From Thermodesulfobacteriota bacterium (GTDB taxonomy: Bacteria; Desulfobacterota; Desulfobacteria; Desulfobacterales; C00003060), in contig JAXHVD010000002.1 in assembly GCA_034189385.1 (NCBI GenBank), positions 128,001 through 192,000 on the forward strand: a stretch of DNA of 64,000 bases, written 5' to 3'. A program made the translations under genes and the position numbers. The notes beneath the pieces were generated by a model. It had not been told where the DNA came from. It saw only the letters and a list, made by a program, of their open reading frames with translations, and did not search any database. Shown piece by piece: positions 9,863-20,328 of the stretch; positions within the stretch are counted from its first letter, which is position 1, and each line of letters begins with the position of its first letter.

Positions 9863-10390
9863 TCAATGCCATTGACTGAGTCTTGCGGCCAATGATCTGA
9901 AGAATTCCACGGCTTCTATGTCTGCATGTCTTTGGCTCCAGACATGCTCACCCAGTCCTATCTGAGCCAACACATATCCCCCAATGCCCACTTGTCCGAT
10001 GGCTACATAACCTGTGGCGAGCTGCCCCAGACCAAGAAAAGCGCCAATGGCGACTTGCCCCAAGGCTGCCAGTCCTGTTGACGCCTGACCAACTCCAACC
10101 AGCACCCCAAGCCCCAGTTGGCCAATTGCAATAACCCCAAATGACGCATGGCCGATGGCAAGGATTCCCGTAGCGAGCCTTCCCACAGCCACCACCCCTT
10201 TGGCCACAATTCGCTTGCCTGTTTCTGGACAGATGCCACGGGTGTAGTGCACCAGTGGGAGCCCGAAAAAGTGACGATGGGATTTAAACTCCGCAAAATA
10301 CGCCCCCGTGGGATAGAGATAGCGACGCCACACGCCAAGGCGTGATTTTTCAACCCTGTATTCAATGTCGTCCAGCAGGAGATTTCTCAT
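9863..10390 (-). CDS. Hypothetical membrane protein with Gly-rich AIGQ/AxG repeats
   Basis: FFGLPLVH...AKGVVAVG...AIGQ repeats; in a co-oriented gene run. Confidence 0.7.
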   Translation of the reverse strand: MRNLLLDDIEYRVEKSRLGVWRRYLYPTGAYFAEFKSHRHFFGLPLVHYTRGICPETGKRIVAKGVVAVGRLATGILAIGHASFGVIAIGQLGLGVLVGVGQASTGLAALGQVAIGAFLGLGQLATGYVAIGQVGIGGYVLAQIGLGEHVWSQRHADIEAVEFFRSLAARLSQWH

Positions 10391-10422
10391 TAGTCATGAC
10401 CTGCAGCCCCAATGCCGAGAAT

Positions 10423-11178
10423 CTACTGGTCCGTGCGTAAGGGCTTCGTGTGTTTCCCCTTTTTTCGTCCAAAGGGACAGACTTTGATGCAAATTCCGCA
10501 GATCGGTGTACCTATTTCTGGGAGCTTTGCAAATTCCTCCGTGAGCTTCTCTGCACATCGGGAAAAATACATGGCCTCATCTCTACTGCCGTAATGGTTT
10601 GTCGTGTTGACACCCCTTATGGCCCCAACAGGACAGGCATCGCGGCAGAGCGTACACTCGCCGCATCGGTTTTCTAAAGGTTTGTCAGGGAGCAACGGCG
10701 CTTTTGTAAGGACGGTTGCCAGACGTACTCTGGAACCGTGCTGAGGGGTGATGATGAGGAGGTTTTTGCCTTGCCACCCCAATCCGGCCATTCGTGCCAC
10801 TGCCTTATGAGTAATAGCTCCACGCAGCTCTTTCTTATCTACAATCTGTGACGCTGGAATGGGTAGGCTGTAGAAACCACCATCCTGGAGGAGAAGAGCT
10901 GTCCGGAAGGCTATCTCATCAAGAATGCGGTTAGCTGTTTCGTAGACTGATTTGTAAATAGGCGTTGGCCTGTGGGAAATCATTTCAAATACCGAGACAG
11001 GAAGGGCAACAGCCATGGAAACTGCACTGACAAAGGGATCGAGAAGGTCAGGAGGGTAAGTCCTAAGCTCCTTTAGGGGGGTGATGTCTGCAACCCCGAC
11101 CAGAGTAGCCCCCCATTTAATCGCTTGAGCCTTAATCGTATTGGTGTAAGTATCAGACAACGGCTGTCCTTTTGTCAC
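10423..11178 (-). CDS. Epoxyqueuosine reductase-like (QueG/reductive dehalogenase-like) 4Fe-4S protein
   Basis: HKAVARMAGLGWQGKN, GSRVRL, CGECTLCRDACP and CGICIKVCP. Confidence 0.8.
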   Translation of the reverse strand: MTKGQPLSDTYTNTIKAQAIKWGATLVGVADITPLKELRTYPPDLLDPFVSAVSMAVALPVSVFEMISHRPTPIYKSVYETANRILDEIAFRTALLLQDGGFYSLPIPASQIVDKKELRGAITHKAVARMAGLGWQGKNLLIITPQHGSRVRLATVLTKAPLLPDKPLENRCGECTLCRDACPVGAIRGVNTTNHYGSRDEAMYFSRCAEKLTEEFAKLPEIGTPICGICIKVCPFGRKKGKHTKPLRTDQ

Positions 11179-11825
11179 GCCCGTGCCTTGCCACAGACCT
11201 TGTCCAGGAAATCACCTATTCCAAAGCCCTGCTGATTGAGGGTGTCATAGTCTATGGTCACATCAGCATAGTGCTTGTACAATCGCTCGCGGTTGGCCAG
11301 AAGCCTTGGGTAGCATCGTGCCAAAGCAGCCTTGTTGCTTTCCCCCGGCTCCTTGGCGAACAAATCTCGCCAGAGCACCGGCCGACGGCTGGCCAGATAG
11401 ACCCTCAACATGAGCTCCTGAACTTTGGGGGGCGTGGACAAATGGACGACGGTGGAACATTGCCGGAGCCTGGCCAAGATGTCTTCTCCCGTATAAATGG
11501 CACTACCAGTCGTATCAATGACGATCTTTTCCTCACGACGGTGGTCCAGACTCTCAATGTGTTCAAGGATTTCATTCAGCACTTCTATTTCTGAGGCCAG
11601 ATATATTGATTCACGGGCCCTATATTGAGGTTCGTAAGGAAAGCCCATCCAATAACCCAGTTCCATGACCCTTCCGTCTGGTCTCGTGAGTTCAGGAACC
11701 AGTTTGTGAGAAATCATATCGTCACAACAAAAACGCCTGAAACCTTGCTCGGAAAGCTTTATAGACCAAATGGATTTCCCCGAGCCGGACATCCCAATCA
11801 ATGCAAGACATGTCATAGAAGACAA
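11175..11825 (-). CDS. P-loop kinase, shikimate kinase-like
   Basis: GMSGSGKS Walker A, IDTTGS, R-x-x-L-Y near the C-terminus. Confidence 0.7.
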   Translation of the reverse strand: MSSMTCLALIGMSGSGKSIWSIKLSEQGFRRFCCDDMISHKLVPELTRPDGRVMELGYWMGFPYEPQYRARESIYLASEIEVLNEILEHIESLDHRREEKIVIDTTGSAIYTGEDILARLRQCSTVVHLSTPPKVQELMLRVYLASRRPVLWRDLFAKEPGESNKAALARCYPRLLANRERLYKHYADVTIDYDTLNQQGFGIGDFLDKVCGKARA

Positions 11826-11910
11826 ATGGCCCTTTTTCTATTTGGATCATCTCCAAAAGAGTTGGAGTGATCCTGATCCCTTTTTCCCAGCTCAACTGGA
11901 AGAGAGTCCC

Positions 11911-12285
11911 TTAGAAAGTAATGAGGTATGTGACCATGCCCACAATGGACACAAAGCCCAGCAATATAAGGGAGATTAAGTACTCGTCACTTTTTCGGCG
12001 GTGTCTTTTAGTATTTATGACAAAGCCTGCAATACTAATGCAAAGTCCAACTATCATGCAGTAAAAGAAGTACTTCATCAACTCCAGGTCCCACGTGGTA
12101 CGGAGGCCTTCAGCCAACTTGGCAATGTTGCCTTTGTGATCGGGCTTGGCCACCGTAGGAATAAAGAGTGCGCCTGTCATGATAAGCCACCCAATGACCG
12201 CAAGCCATCTGATGGACCTAAACCAGAAATCTGGGCCTTTGCGCCTTCTTTGAGGGGGTGTAGGTCTGAATAGTGTCATGGGCAA
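11911..12285 (-). CDS. Small membrane protein (3 TM), hypothetical
   Basis: RRRKGPD motif followed by hydrophobic helices; GGAGG RBS. Confidence 0.7.
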   Translation of the reverse strand: MPMTLFRPTPPQRRRKGPDFWFRSIRWLAVIGWLIMTGALFIPTVAKPDHKGNIAKLAEGLRTTWDLELMKYFFYCMIVGLCISIAGFVINTKRHRRKSDEYLISLILLGFVSIVGMVTYLITF

Positions 12286-12579
12286 TCCTCCCGAGCTATG
12301 GGCCGAGGATAAGCCTCGAAAACCGGTTTTTGAAAAGCGATCAAAGCACGGACTCCCCTTAAGAGCTTTTCCGGAAATCAGGACTCCGCGCCACCTGTTT
12401 TTCGTGTGCCGAATCCATTGCCCTTCATGGGCGCCGTCACGGTTCCAGCGAGATCACAGTAAAAAAGAGCGTACGGTTTAATATCTTAGCATATCAACAG
12501 GTTTTCGCAACTACCAAAAAATTTTCAGATATGCACTGCTCACCTTTTCCGGTGCATACCCATGGTGCACCCCCCTTCA

Positions 12580-13923
12580 TTACTCCTGGGCCTTTTCGCT
12601 GTGACCTACACGGCAAGGGCCCCGTAGCCTCATCATGCACAGGCCCCACAATATGGCTGGGACCAGGCACAGGCATGCCATCCACCACAGCGTTCCGCCA
12701 AGGCCCACTGCCGGGTAGTCTATGGACCATCCGCCCATGGCAGCGCTGATGGCGCCAGCCAAGGTGAAGAGCGCAAATTCCGTTGCAAAGACCCTGCCCT
12801 GAATGTGGTTCGGCACCAGCTCCATGAGCAGCTGCGTTGAGAACACCCAGATGATGCCGCCGCCAACGCCCCGCAAGAGAATGCCAGTTAAGACGGTTCC
12901 AAAATTAAAAAGAGGCGCTGCAATGGCAACCCCCATGGCTGTCATCAGAAAGGAAAGGGCAATGGCGATTCGCAGAAACCGGTCTCGATCACGAGTGTAG
13001 CGGCGGGCAATGATGGGGCCAATGCCAGTACCAAGGCCCACGACGGCAAACATGAGCCCCATGCTGATAGCCCCTCCTTTGCCGATCACAAAAACCCTTT
13101 TGGCCAAGGCCACTTGGGCCACATGCAAGGCACCGGATGTGGTCAGGGCAAGGGCTGTTTTGTGCAGCACGATGGCAAGGACATCCAAACGATGACGCAA
13201 GTAACTGAGCCCTTCCACATACTGTCCCATAGCGTTGCGGATGCTGGTGTCGGTCCTTTCAGTCACACCGGGAGCGTGGTAGGAGATCCGGGCGATGAAG
13301 AGGGCTGAAAGGAAGAAAGACGAGGCGTCAATCAAGAATGCCGTATATACTCCAAAGGCACCGGCCACAAGCCCCCCAAAGCCGGTGCCAAGAGCCAACA
13401 TGACGGACCAGGTGGCTGAACCAAGGGCATTAGCGGCCCCGAGCTCTTTGGGGCTCACGAGGTTGGGCAAGATGGCATTCCTGGCGGGGAAGAAAAAGCC
13501 GCTCATGGCCAGTTGGACCGCCGTAAGGCCGTACAGCAGCCACACGTCTCTTGCGTCTTGTACAAGGAGAAAGCCAAGGACAACGACGCCCCGCCCTAAA
13601 TCCGTCAGAATCAGGAGCTTTCTGCGATCGTAGCGGTCAGCGGCCACGCCGGCCACGGGGCTTATAAGAAAAGGCGCCAGCCAGCGTACCACAAAGAGCG
13701 CCCCCACAGCCATGCCCGATTCCGTAAGGCTTGACACCAGGGTGGCTGAGGCGATGAGGTTCAGCCAGTCTCCCATGAGACTCACTATCTGGCCAAACCA
13801 GAGGCATCGGAACGGAGCGTTGCCGCGCACCAATTCTATATAGCCGGTTCTGTGGGTCTGAACGCTTGCTCGGTCCAAGACGGTTTGTGTCCCGCCCAAG
13901 TGCTTTTTCCCCAACATGCTCAC
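12580..13923 (-). CDS. MFS transporter
   Basis: GVAADRYDRRK motif A; about 12 TM segments. Confidence 0.9.
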   Translation of the reverse strand: MSMLGKKHLGGTQTVLDRASVQTHRTGYIELVRGNAPFRCLWFGQIVSLMGDWLNLIASATLVSSLTESGMAVGALFVVRWLAPFLISPVAGVAADRYDRRKLLILTDLGRGVVVLGFLLVQDARDVWLLYGLTAVQLAMSGFFFPARNAILPNLVSPKELGAANALGSATWSVMLALGTGFGGLVAGAFGVYTAFLIDASSFFLSALFIARISYHAPGVTERTDTSIRNAMGQYVEGLSYLRHRLDVLAIVLHKTALALTTSGALHVAQVALAKRVFVIGKGGAISMGLMFAVVGLGTGIGPIIARRYTRDRDRFLRIAIALSFLMTAMGVAIAAPLFNFGTVLTGILLRGVGGGIIWVFSTQLLMELVPNHIQGRVFATEFALFTLAGAISAAMGGWSIDYPAVGLGGTLWWMACLCLVPAILWGLCMMRLRGPCRVGHSEKAQE

Positions 13924-14211
13924 GGAGAGAGTAAAATGAATGTTTTACGACTCCAACATGATATGCCGCCACCTGTCTGGAAGGGGAGGACTCAAAAGGA
14001 AAAGAGATTTCTTGGCAGATATGTAGTGGATATATGGAAATCTGTCAAAGCCTTGCCAAGAATCTTCACGGACAAAGGCTAGGGTAGGGCCTATGAGAGA
14101 CTCTTTTCTGCCTTTCTCATGAGCCACCACGTTTACATCTCCCTGGGAGAGGTGATATGAAGACAAGGGTGTGCCCACACACGAGCGCATTCTCAAAAGG
14201 AGGTACAGCAT

Positions 14212-14490
14212 ATGGACTTCAGGGCACTGTTCACGACTTTCGGCATGATATTTCTCGCTGAACTGGGAGACAAGACCCAACTGGCCACATTCGCCCTTGC
14301 CTCTGAAAGCAAATCCCGCCTGGCTATCTTCCTTGGCTCTGCTGGTGCCCTGGTGCTCACCTCCTTGCTGGCCGTTGTCTTTGGATCGGCGGTGAGCAGG
14401 CTGGTCCCGGCAAACTATGTCAAGATAGGCGCTGGGGTTCTCTTTATTTTTCTGGGCTTGTGGATGGTGTTTTTCCAAGGAGGAGAATAG
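14212..14490 (+). CDS. TMEM165/GDT1 (UPF0016) family half-size Ca2+/Mn2+ transporter
   Basis: AELGDKTQ signature; AGGAGG RBS. Confidence 0.9.
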   Translation: MDFRALFTTFGMIFLAELGDKTQLATFALASESKSRLAIFLGSAGALVLTSLLAVVFGSAVSRLVPANYVKIGAGVLFIFLGLWMVFFQGGE

Positions 14491-14970
14491 ATGACAGGCA
14501 CCAAAACTTTTCCTGCGGGCGACCGTTATCTTGGGGGGAAGATGGGATTAAAAAGAGCAATAGGGTTGACAGGATTGTCTCTGTTGAGCCTTTTTTGGCT
14601 CATGGTGGGGTGCAGTGGGATGGCTTTCAGGGGACCGGCCCTTCATATAGAGCTGAGCGACCTAGAGATAGACGAAAAGGCCGTTGAAAAGGCCATGGCC
14701 CACATCGCCGCCATTGAACCCTCTCTACCAGAGGGCCTTCCTGGGGACGTCAAGATCCTGTTCACATTTCTGGGCCATACCGCGCCAGACACCCTGGTAG
14801 AGACAAAACCCCATGCAAATGCTCACTGGCGCCTGGATCGCATCTATCTGCTTGATGACTGTGTAGCCGTGCAGTTTGCAGAAGGCCATTACATGGAAAC
14901 GGTTTTTTTTGTAAGAACTCTTGCCGGTTGGCGCACGGCAGCGAGGATTCAACCTAAAGACCACTTGTAG
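14491..14970 (+). CDS. Hypothetical lipoprotein (true start may be 14542)
   Basis: Hydrophobic stretch ending in LMVGC; coupled to the upstream gene. Confidence 0.6.
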   Translation: MTGTKTFPAGDRYLGGKMGLKRAIGLTGLSLLSLFWLMVGCSGMAFRGPALHIELSDLEIDEKAVEKAMAHIAAIEPSLPEGLPGDVKILFTFLGHTAPDTLVETKPHANAHWRLDRIYLLDDCVAVQFAEGHYMETVFFVRTLAGWRTAARIQPKDHL

Positions 14971-15112
14971 CAGGAGCGAACTCAAGGACGGGGGAGAGGT
15001 TTCTGGTCAGCCAAGGCGACCAGTGGTAACGTCCAAGGGGCCACCACCCCAAAGGCCCTTTGACTTCTGTGAGGTCTAAGACACGGCACCAAGCGTGAAA
15101 GGGCTGTCTCTC

Positions 15113-16447
15113 TTATGGTTCGTAGTAGTAATCCAGCCCCAGGTGGGTGATTTGCTCCTCTCCCATAAGATAACGGAGAGTATTTTTTAGTTTCATGGAT
15201 TGAATAAAGAGATCGTGTTCGGGATAGAGCTCAGGTCCACATTGGGGACTCTTGAAATAGAAAGAGAGCCATTCCTGGATCCCTGTCATGGCCGCCCGCT
15301 GGGCCAGGTCCACAAAAAGTACCAGATCCAGCACGATAGGTGCCGCCAAGATACTGTCTCTACACAGAAAATCGACTTTTATCTGCATAGGATACCCCAG
15401 CCAGCCGAAGATATCGATGCAGTCCCACCCTTCTTTGTTGTCACCCCTGGGAGGATAGTAATTGATGGCTACCTTGTGATAGAAATCCCCGTAAAGGTCC
15501 GGATAGACCTTGGGCTGCAGAATAGTGTCCAGCACGGAGAGTTTACTCTCCTCTTTGGTCTTAAAGGAGTCTTTGTCGTCCAGGACCATGCCATCGCGAT
15601 TTCCCAAGATATTGGTGGAGTACCAACCGCTAAGTCCCAGCATCCTGGCCTTTAGGCCCGGTGCCAGGATGGTCTTCATGAGGGTCTGTCCCGTCTTGAA
15701 ATCCTTGCCTGCAACGGCCACCTCACACTGGTCTGCCAGTTCCACCATGGCAGGGATGTCCACCGTCAGATTGGGTGCCCCGTTGATGTACGGGACCCCG
15801 CTGGTGAGGGCCGCATAGGCATAGAGCATGCTCGGTGAGATCTGGGGGTCATTCTTTTTCAGGCCTTCCTTGAATGCCGACAAGGAGGCGTGCACCGGCC
15901 CGGGTTTCAGATAGGCCTCTGTGCTGGCACACCAGATCATGACGCAACGCGACACCATCTGTTCACGCTTAAAAGCGTCGATATCCGCTCTTAAGGCCTC
16001 AATGAGTTCCAGATGGGAGGCCTGAGGTTTCGCGTGAGTGGCCACGAGGTTTTTCACAAAATGCTGTTTGAAGACACCTGGCCAGGGTTGCAAGGCCTCA
16101 AGAAAGGGACGTACCGGATCGAGGTGTTCGGGTTTAAGGACCCCGGCCTCTTGGGCCGCCTGGTACCCATTAGCCGGTAAGATATCCCATCCGCCAAAGA
16201 CCAGGTCGTCCAGCTTAGCCAGGGGCGCAAAGTCCTTGATGACGGGTGTGCGATATTCAAACCGTTTGCCCAGGCGCACGGTGGCCATCTGGCTCACGGA
16301 CCCGATGGGAAGAGCCAGCCCTTTTCGCAGGGTCTCCACCCCTGCGAGAAAAGTGGTGCTCACCGCCCCTCCTATTCCTGGGATAAGGATGCCCAACTTG
16401 CCTTCTGCCTTTTCAATCTCCTCCTTGCGTTTCAATGCATCTTTCAT
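15113..16447 (-). CDS. ino1: Myo-inositol-1-phosphate synthase
   Basis: GKDFKTGQT, NILGNRDG, GDNKEGWD, CRDSILAAPIVLDL motifs. Confidence 0.92.
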   Translation of the reverse strand: MKDALKRKEEIEKAEGKLGILIPGIGGAVSTTFLAGVETLRKGLALPIGSVSQMATVRLGKRFEYRTPVIKDFAPLAKLDDLVFGGWDILPANGYQAAQEAGVLKPEHLDPVRPFLEALQPWPGVFKQHFVKNLVATHAKPQASHLELIEALRADIDAFKREQMVSRCVMIWCASTEAYLKPGPVHASLSAFKEGLKKNDPQISPSMLYAYAALTSGVPYINGAPNLTVDIPAMVELADQCEVAVAGKDFKTGQTLMKTILAPGLKARMLGLSGWYSTNILGNRDGMVLDDKDSFKTKEESKLSVLDTILQPKVYPDLYGDFYHKVAINYYPPRGDNKEGWDCIDIFGWLGYPMQIKVDFLCRDSILAAPIVLDLVLFVDLAQRAAMTGIQEWLSFYFKSPQCGPELYPEHDLFIQSMKLKNTLRYLMGEEQITHLGLDYYYEP

Positions 16448-16897
16448 GATGGCCTCACATGACGTTGCGTAAATGCTGCTTTTAAGACTGCCAGGCCTTG
16501 TTGGTCTCGATCCTCTCGGCCCCACCCCTTTTCCTGTCAATGGGCCCGGCAAAAACGGGGTGGCCATTGATCAGTATCTAACATGGGAAATCTTTCGGCA
16601 AATGTCAAGGACCGCATGAAGCCCAGGGCCTCTGTTGGCGAAGGACCATAGAGGCAGCTCCGAAGATCCCTTTAACAGGGGGGCGCAAAGGTCTCAGACA
16701 GTCCCCCGACAAAGGGCCGTGGTCTTACTGGGGGCAATGTCTGCTGTGGCGCAGATAACTTAAAACTACAATATGTTGGAAGGCTTTTGCCTTGACAGGC
16801 TCCCCTGTTTTTCCTATCCTCGGCACCACGCAAACCGTAACGTTGGACAGGCCCGCATCCTGCTGGCACCTTACAGCTCCTCGGAAGAAGGTACACC

Positions 16898-18250
16898 ATG
16901 TCGGACGACCGCAGCAGAATCCTCTTAGAGACGATCAAAAGACTCCTCAGGCGAGATGCCGCGGTCCATCTCCACAAGATCGTCAACAAGACCCATGCGG
17001 CAGACCTGGCTGTCATCTTCCAGTTCACGACCCTCCGGGAGCAGGAAACCCTCTTTGACCTCATAGACAGCACTGAGAAAAAGGCCGTGCTCTTCAGTGA
17101 GTTGGAGCAGGAAACCCTTTTGGGCCTCATCGAAGACATGCCGGCCGAAAAGATCGCAGAGATCCTTGAACAGATGCCGACGGACGACGTGGCTGATCTG
17201 CTCGGGAAACTCTCTGACGAGCGGGCCAAGACCCTCCTTGATCTCATGACCAAAGAGGGCTCTGAAGAGGTGGAAGGGCTGCTCGTCTATGATGCCCAAA
17301 CAGCCGGCGGTATCATGCTTCCGGACTTCATTGCCCTAAAAGAGGATTCCACGGCAAGAGAGGCCATTGAGGCCCTGCAAAAAGAGTATGTGGATGTGGA
17401 GATGCCCTTTTATCTCTACGTCATAGACGACCACGACAATCTGGTAGGCGTCATCTCCTTGAGGCAATTGGTGGTCGTGCCTCCTGAAACCAGGCTCAAG
17501 TCCATCATGACCACGGACGTGGTCAGCGTTCAGACCAATATGGACCAGGAAGAGGTGGCCAGAATTGTTGCCCGCTATAATGTCCTAGCCGTTCCCGTGG
17601 TGGACGAAAACAAAAAGTTGGTAGGAATCGTCACGGTAGACGATGTGATCGACATCATCCGAGCAGAGGCCACAGAGGATATCCTGAAAATGGCAGGAGC
17701 CGGTGGGAACCTGGTGGAATCGCAGTCTCTGTTTCGGAGTGCCAGGATCAGACTCCCGTGGCTTCTGGCCAGTTGGATCGGCGGCATCATTGCCTTTTTG
17801 GTTATCAGCCATTTTCAGACCGCGTTGAGTAAACTCGTCTACCTTGCGGCTTTCATACCGATCATCATGGGCATGGGGGGAAACATCGGGACCCAGTCTT
17901 CTACTATTGTGGTTCGCGGGCTGGCCACGGGCCAGCTGGACATAAAGCAGATATGGCAAGTCGTCCTAAAGGAGCTAGCGGTGGGATTCCTTCTCGGCTT
18001 TGTATATGGGGCCCTCGTGGGACTCATCGCCCACATTCGTTACGACCTCTGGCTCCTGGGGGTAACCGTTGGCCTGGCTGTCATCAGTTCCATGACCATT
18101 GCCGCCATGGTGGGGTCCCTGGTACCCATGGTCTTTGCTCGCATTAATATCGATCCGGCTGTTGCTACCGGACCCTTTGTGACCACGTCTATCGACATCC
18201 TGAGCGTATCCTTCTACTTCTGGATCGCAACCTTGCTTCTCCGTATTTGA
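16898..18250 (+). CDS. mgtE: Magnesium transporter MgtE
   Basis: N-domain, CBS pair, RLPWL, GGNIGTQS, DPAVATGPFVTT. Confidence 0.95.
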   Translation: MSDDRSRILLETIKRLLRRDAAVHLHKIVNKTHAADLAVIFQFTTLREQETLFDLIDSTEKKAVLFSELEQETLLGLIEDMPAEKIAEILEQMPTDDVADLLGKLSDERAKTLLDLMTKEGSEEVEGLLVYDAQTAGGIMLPDFIALKEDSTAREAIEALQKEYVDVEMPFYLYVIDDHDNLVGVISLRQLVVVPPETRLKSIMTTDVVSVQTNMDQEEVARIVARYNVLAVPVVDENKKLVGIVTVDDVIDIIRAEATEDILKMAGAGGNLVESQSLFRSARIRLPWLLASWIGGIIAFLVISHFQTALSKLVYLAAFIPIIMGMGGNIGTQSSTIVVRGLATGQLDIKQIWQVVLKELAVGFLLGFVYGALVGLIAHIRYDLWLLGVTVGLAVISSMTIAAMVGSLVPMVFARINIDPAVATGPFVTTSIDILSVSFYFWIATLLLRI

Positions 18251-18255
18251 ACCTC

Positions 18256-19032
18256 ATGTCGCATCTGTCTTCACCTGCCATCATGCTGCGGGCTATTGAG
18301 CATGGTGACTACGACAAGATCATTACCTTCTTTACCCTCAGCAAAGGCAAAATGGCCCTCTTGGCCAAAGGGGCCAAGAAGAGTGTCCGGCGTTTTGCAG
18401 GAATCCTGGAACTCTTTTCCATCCTGAATGTGGTGTGGACCTATGGCCGTGGCAGAGGGCTGCCGATTTTGCAGGAGGCCTCCATGGTCTCTCCTTTTGA
18501 GGACATTCGAACGGACATCGTTAGGACGGCCTATGCTAGTTGCTGGTGCGAGATGGTCTCCCTGTGGATGGAGCAGGGCCAGAGGCAGGTTGCTGTGTAC
18601 AAGCTCCTGGCATACCTCTTGGATCAGCTCAACGCCGGCCTCCTCTCCCCGGAGCCCCTGCACATTGCCTTTCAGCTGCGCTTCATGGCCATAAACGGCT
18701 TTAGGCCGAGCCTCGAACGCTGCAGCATCTGCGCCTCGGCCCTCAACGATTTTCAGCACCCTGCTATTTCATTCGATGTGAAAAGGGGAGGCGTCCTGTG
18801 CGAAAAATGCGGCGCCGGCAGAGCAAGCCGCCTGCATCTTTCCAAAGGAACCATCAAGCTCCTGTCCTGGGTCTTGAAGGCACCACTGGAAAAACTGAAC
18901 CGGGTGCGGTTCTCCAGGCAGGCCGTTGACGAGACGATGCACATGCTGGAGATCTTTGTCCCCTACCATCTTGGAAAGGAGACCAAGAGCCTGAAGTTCC
19001 TGAAACAGCTGGGTCCTGGCCTGCCCAATTGA
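18256..19032 (+). CDS. recO: DNA repair protein RecO
   Basis: DKIITFFT...AKGAKKS..RF; CxxC...CxxC zinc finger; mgtE-recO-glyQS order. Confidence 0.9.
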   Translation: MSHLSSPAIMLRAIEHGDYDKIITFFTLSKGKMALLAKGAKKSVRRFAGILELFSILNVVWTYGRGRGLPILQEASMVSPFEDIRTDIVRTAYASCWCEMVSLWMEQGQRQVAVYKLLAYLLDQLNAGLLSPEPLHIAFQLRFMAINGFRPSLERCSICASALNDFQHPAISFDVKRGGVLCEKCGAGRASRLHLSKGTIKLLSWVLKAPLEKLNRVRFSRQAVDETMHMLEIFVPYHLGKETKSLKFLKQLGPGLPN

Positions 19033-19111
19033 TCCCTTTACAAACCATGGGTTTCAGTGTATCCATGGTGCGAAAGCTGTTGGAATAAATGAACATAAGG
19101 ATAATAAAATC

Positions 19112-19984
19112 ATGATTTTCCAAAAACTGATTCAGACTCTTGAGCGCTTTTGGGCTCGTCACCAATGTATCTTGCAGCAGCCTTATGACCTGGAGGTGGG
19201 GGCTGGTACCTTCCATCCCGACACCCTTTTGAGGGTCCTGGGCCCTGAGCCATGGCGGGTCGCCTATGTGGAACCTTCCCGCCGACCCACGGACGGCCGG
19301 TACGGTGAAAATCCAAACCGGCTTCAACACTACTACCAGTATCAGGTCATCCTCAAGCCGTCGCCCATGAATATCCAAGACATGTACCTGAAGAGTCTCA
19401 GGGCCCTTGGTGTCGACCCCTTGGCCCATGACATCCGCTTTGTGGAAGATGATTGGGAATCGCCGACCCTTGGGGCATCAGGCCTTGGCTGGGAGGTATG
19501 GCTTGACGGCATGGAAATCACTCAGTTTACCTATTTTCAGCAGGCTGCCAGCATTGAACTGGCTCCTGTTTCTGTGGAGATCACCTACGGCCTGGAACGG
19601 ATTGCCATGTATCTTCAGGAGGTGGACAATGTCTACCACTTAAAATGGACCGACTCCATCTCCTACGGGGACCTGCACCACCAGGCAGAGGTGGAGCATT
19701 CTGCCTACAACTTTGAACATGCCGATGTGAACATGCTGCTCCAGCTCTTTGACATGTATGAGGCCGAGTGCCGGCGTGTGGTGGCCCAGTCCCTGATCCT
19801 GCCTGCCTATGAATACTGCCTGAAGTGTTCCCATACCTTCAACCTCCTCGACGCCCGTGGCGCCATCAGCGTCACCGAAAGGACAGGGTATATCGGCCGT
19901 GTCCGAAACCTGGCCCGCGCTTGCGGGGAGGGGTATCTGGAACAGAGAAGGGCCATGGGCTTTCCATTGCTGAACCAGGCATAA
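19112..19984 (+). CDS. glyQ: Glycine--tRNA ligase alpha subunit
   Basis: [37 protein letters not shown]. Confidence 0.97.
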   Translation: MIFQKLIQTLERFWARHQCILQQPYDLEVGAGTFHPDTLLRVLGPEPWRVAYVEPSRRPTDGRYGENPNRLQHYYQYQVILKPSPMNIQDMYLKSLRALGVDPLAHDIRFVEDDWESPTLGASGLGWEVWLDGMEITQFTYFQQAASIELAPVSVEITYGLERIAMYLQEVDNVYHLKWTDSISYGDLHHQAEVEHSAYNFEHADVNMLLQLFDMYEAECRRVVAQSLILPAYEYCLKCSHTFNLLDARGAISVTERTGYIGRVRNLARACGEGYLEQRRAMGFPLLNQA

Positions 19985-20328
19985 GGATCGTGATGGAATA
20001 AAGAGGGCAAAAAGGAATCTGAGGTTGGCAGCAAGGAAAAAGGACGAGTAACGTACAGAAGTTGTGACAGTCTATTTCTGAATAGACATTCCGGATAGGG
20101 CGAATCGCTTCTCTTCGGCCTCCAATGCCTTTAAGTAGCCCCTATTAGCGGTGTGGATGGAAATGGCTGTATGCCTACGTTCAGCGATCCTCCCTATCCT
20201 TTTAGCTGTCTGCTAAGAGGGTTTGCCTCAGCTTTTGAACGTTACCAAAGGATGAAATGGCAAGAAGTCTTTTGTAAATTGGGCTTCTTGCGAAGCCGTC
20301 AACAATACGCACAAAAAGGATACACAGT

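Noticed and set aside
13930..14211. yybP-ykoY Mn riboswitch upstream of the GDT1-family gene
   Set aside because: Characteristic conserved nucleotides not recognisable
16570..16897. M-box (ykoK) riboswitch upstream of mgtE
   Set aside because: Hairpins are present but I could not find the conserved M-box sequence blocks; needs an Rfam scan
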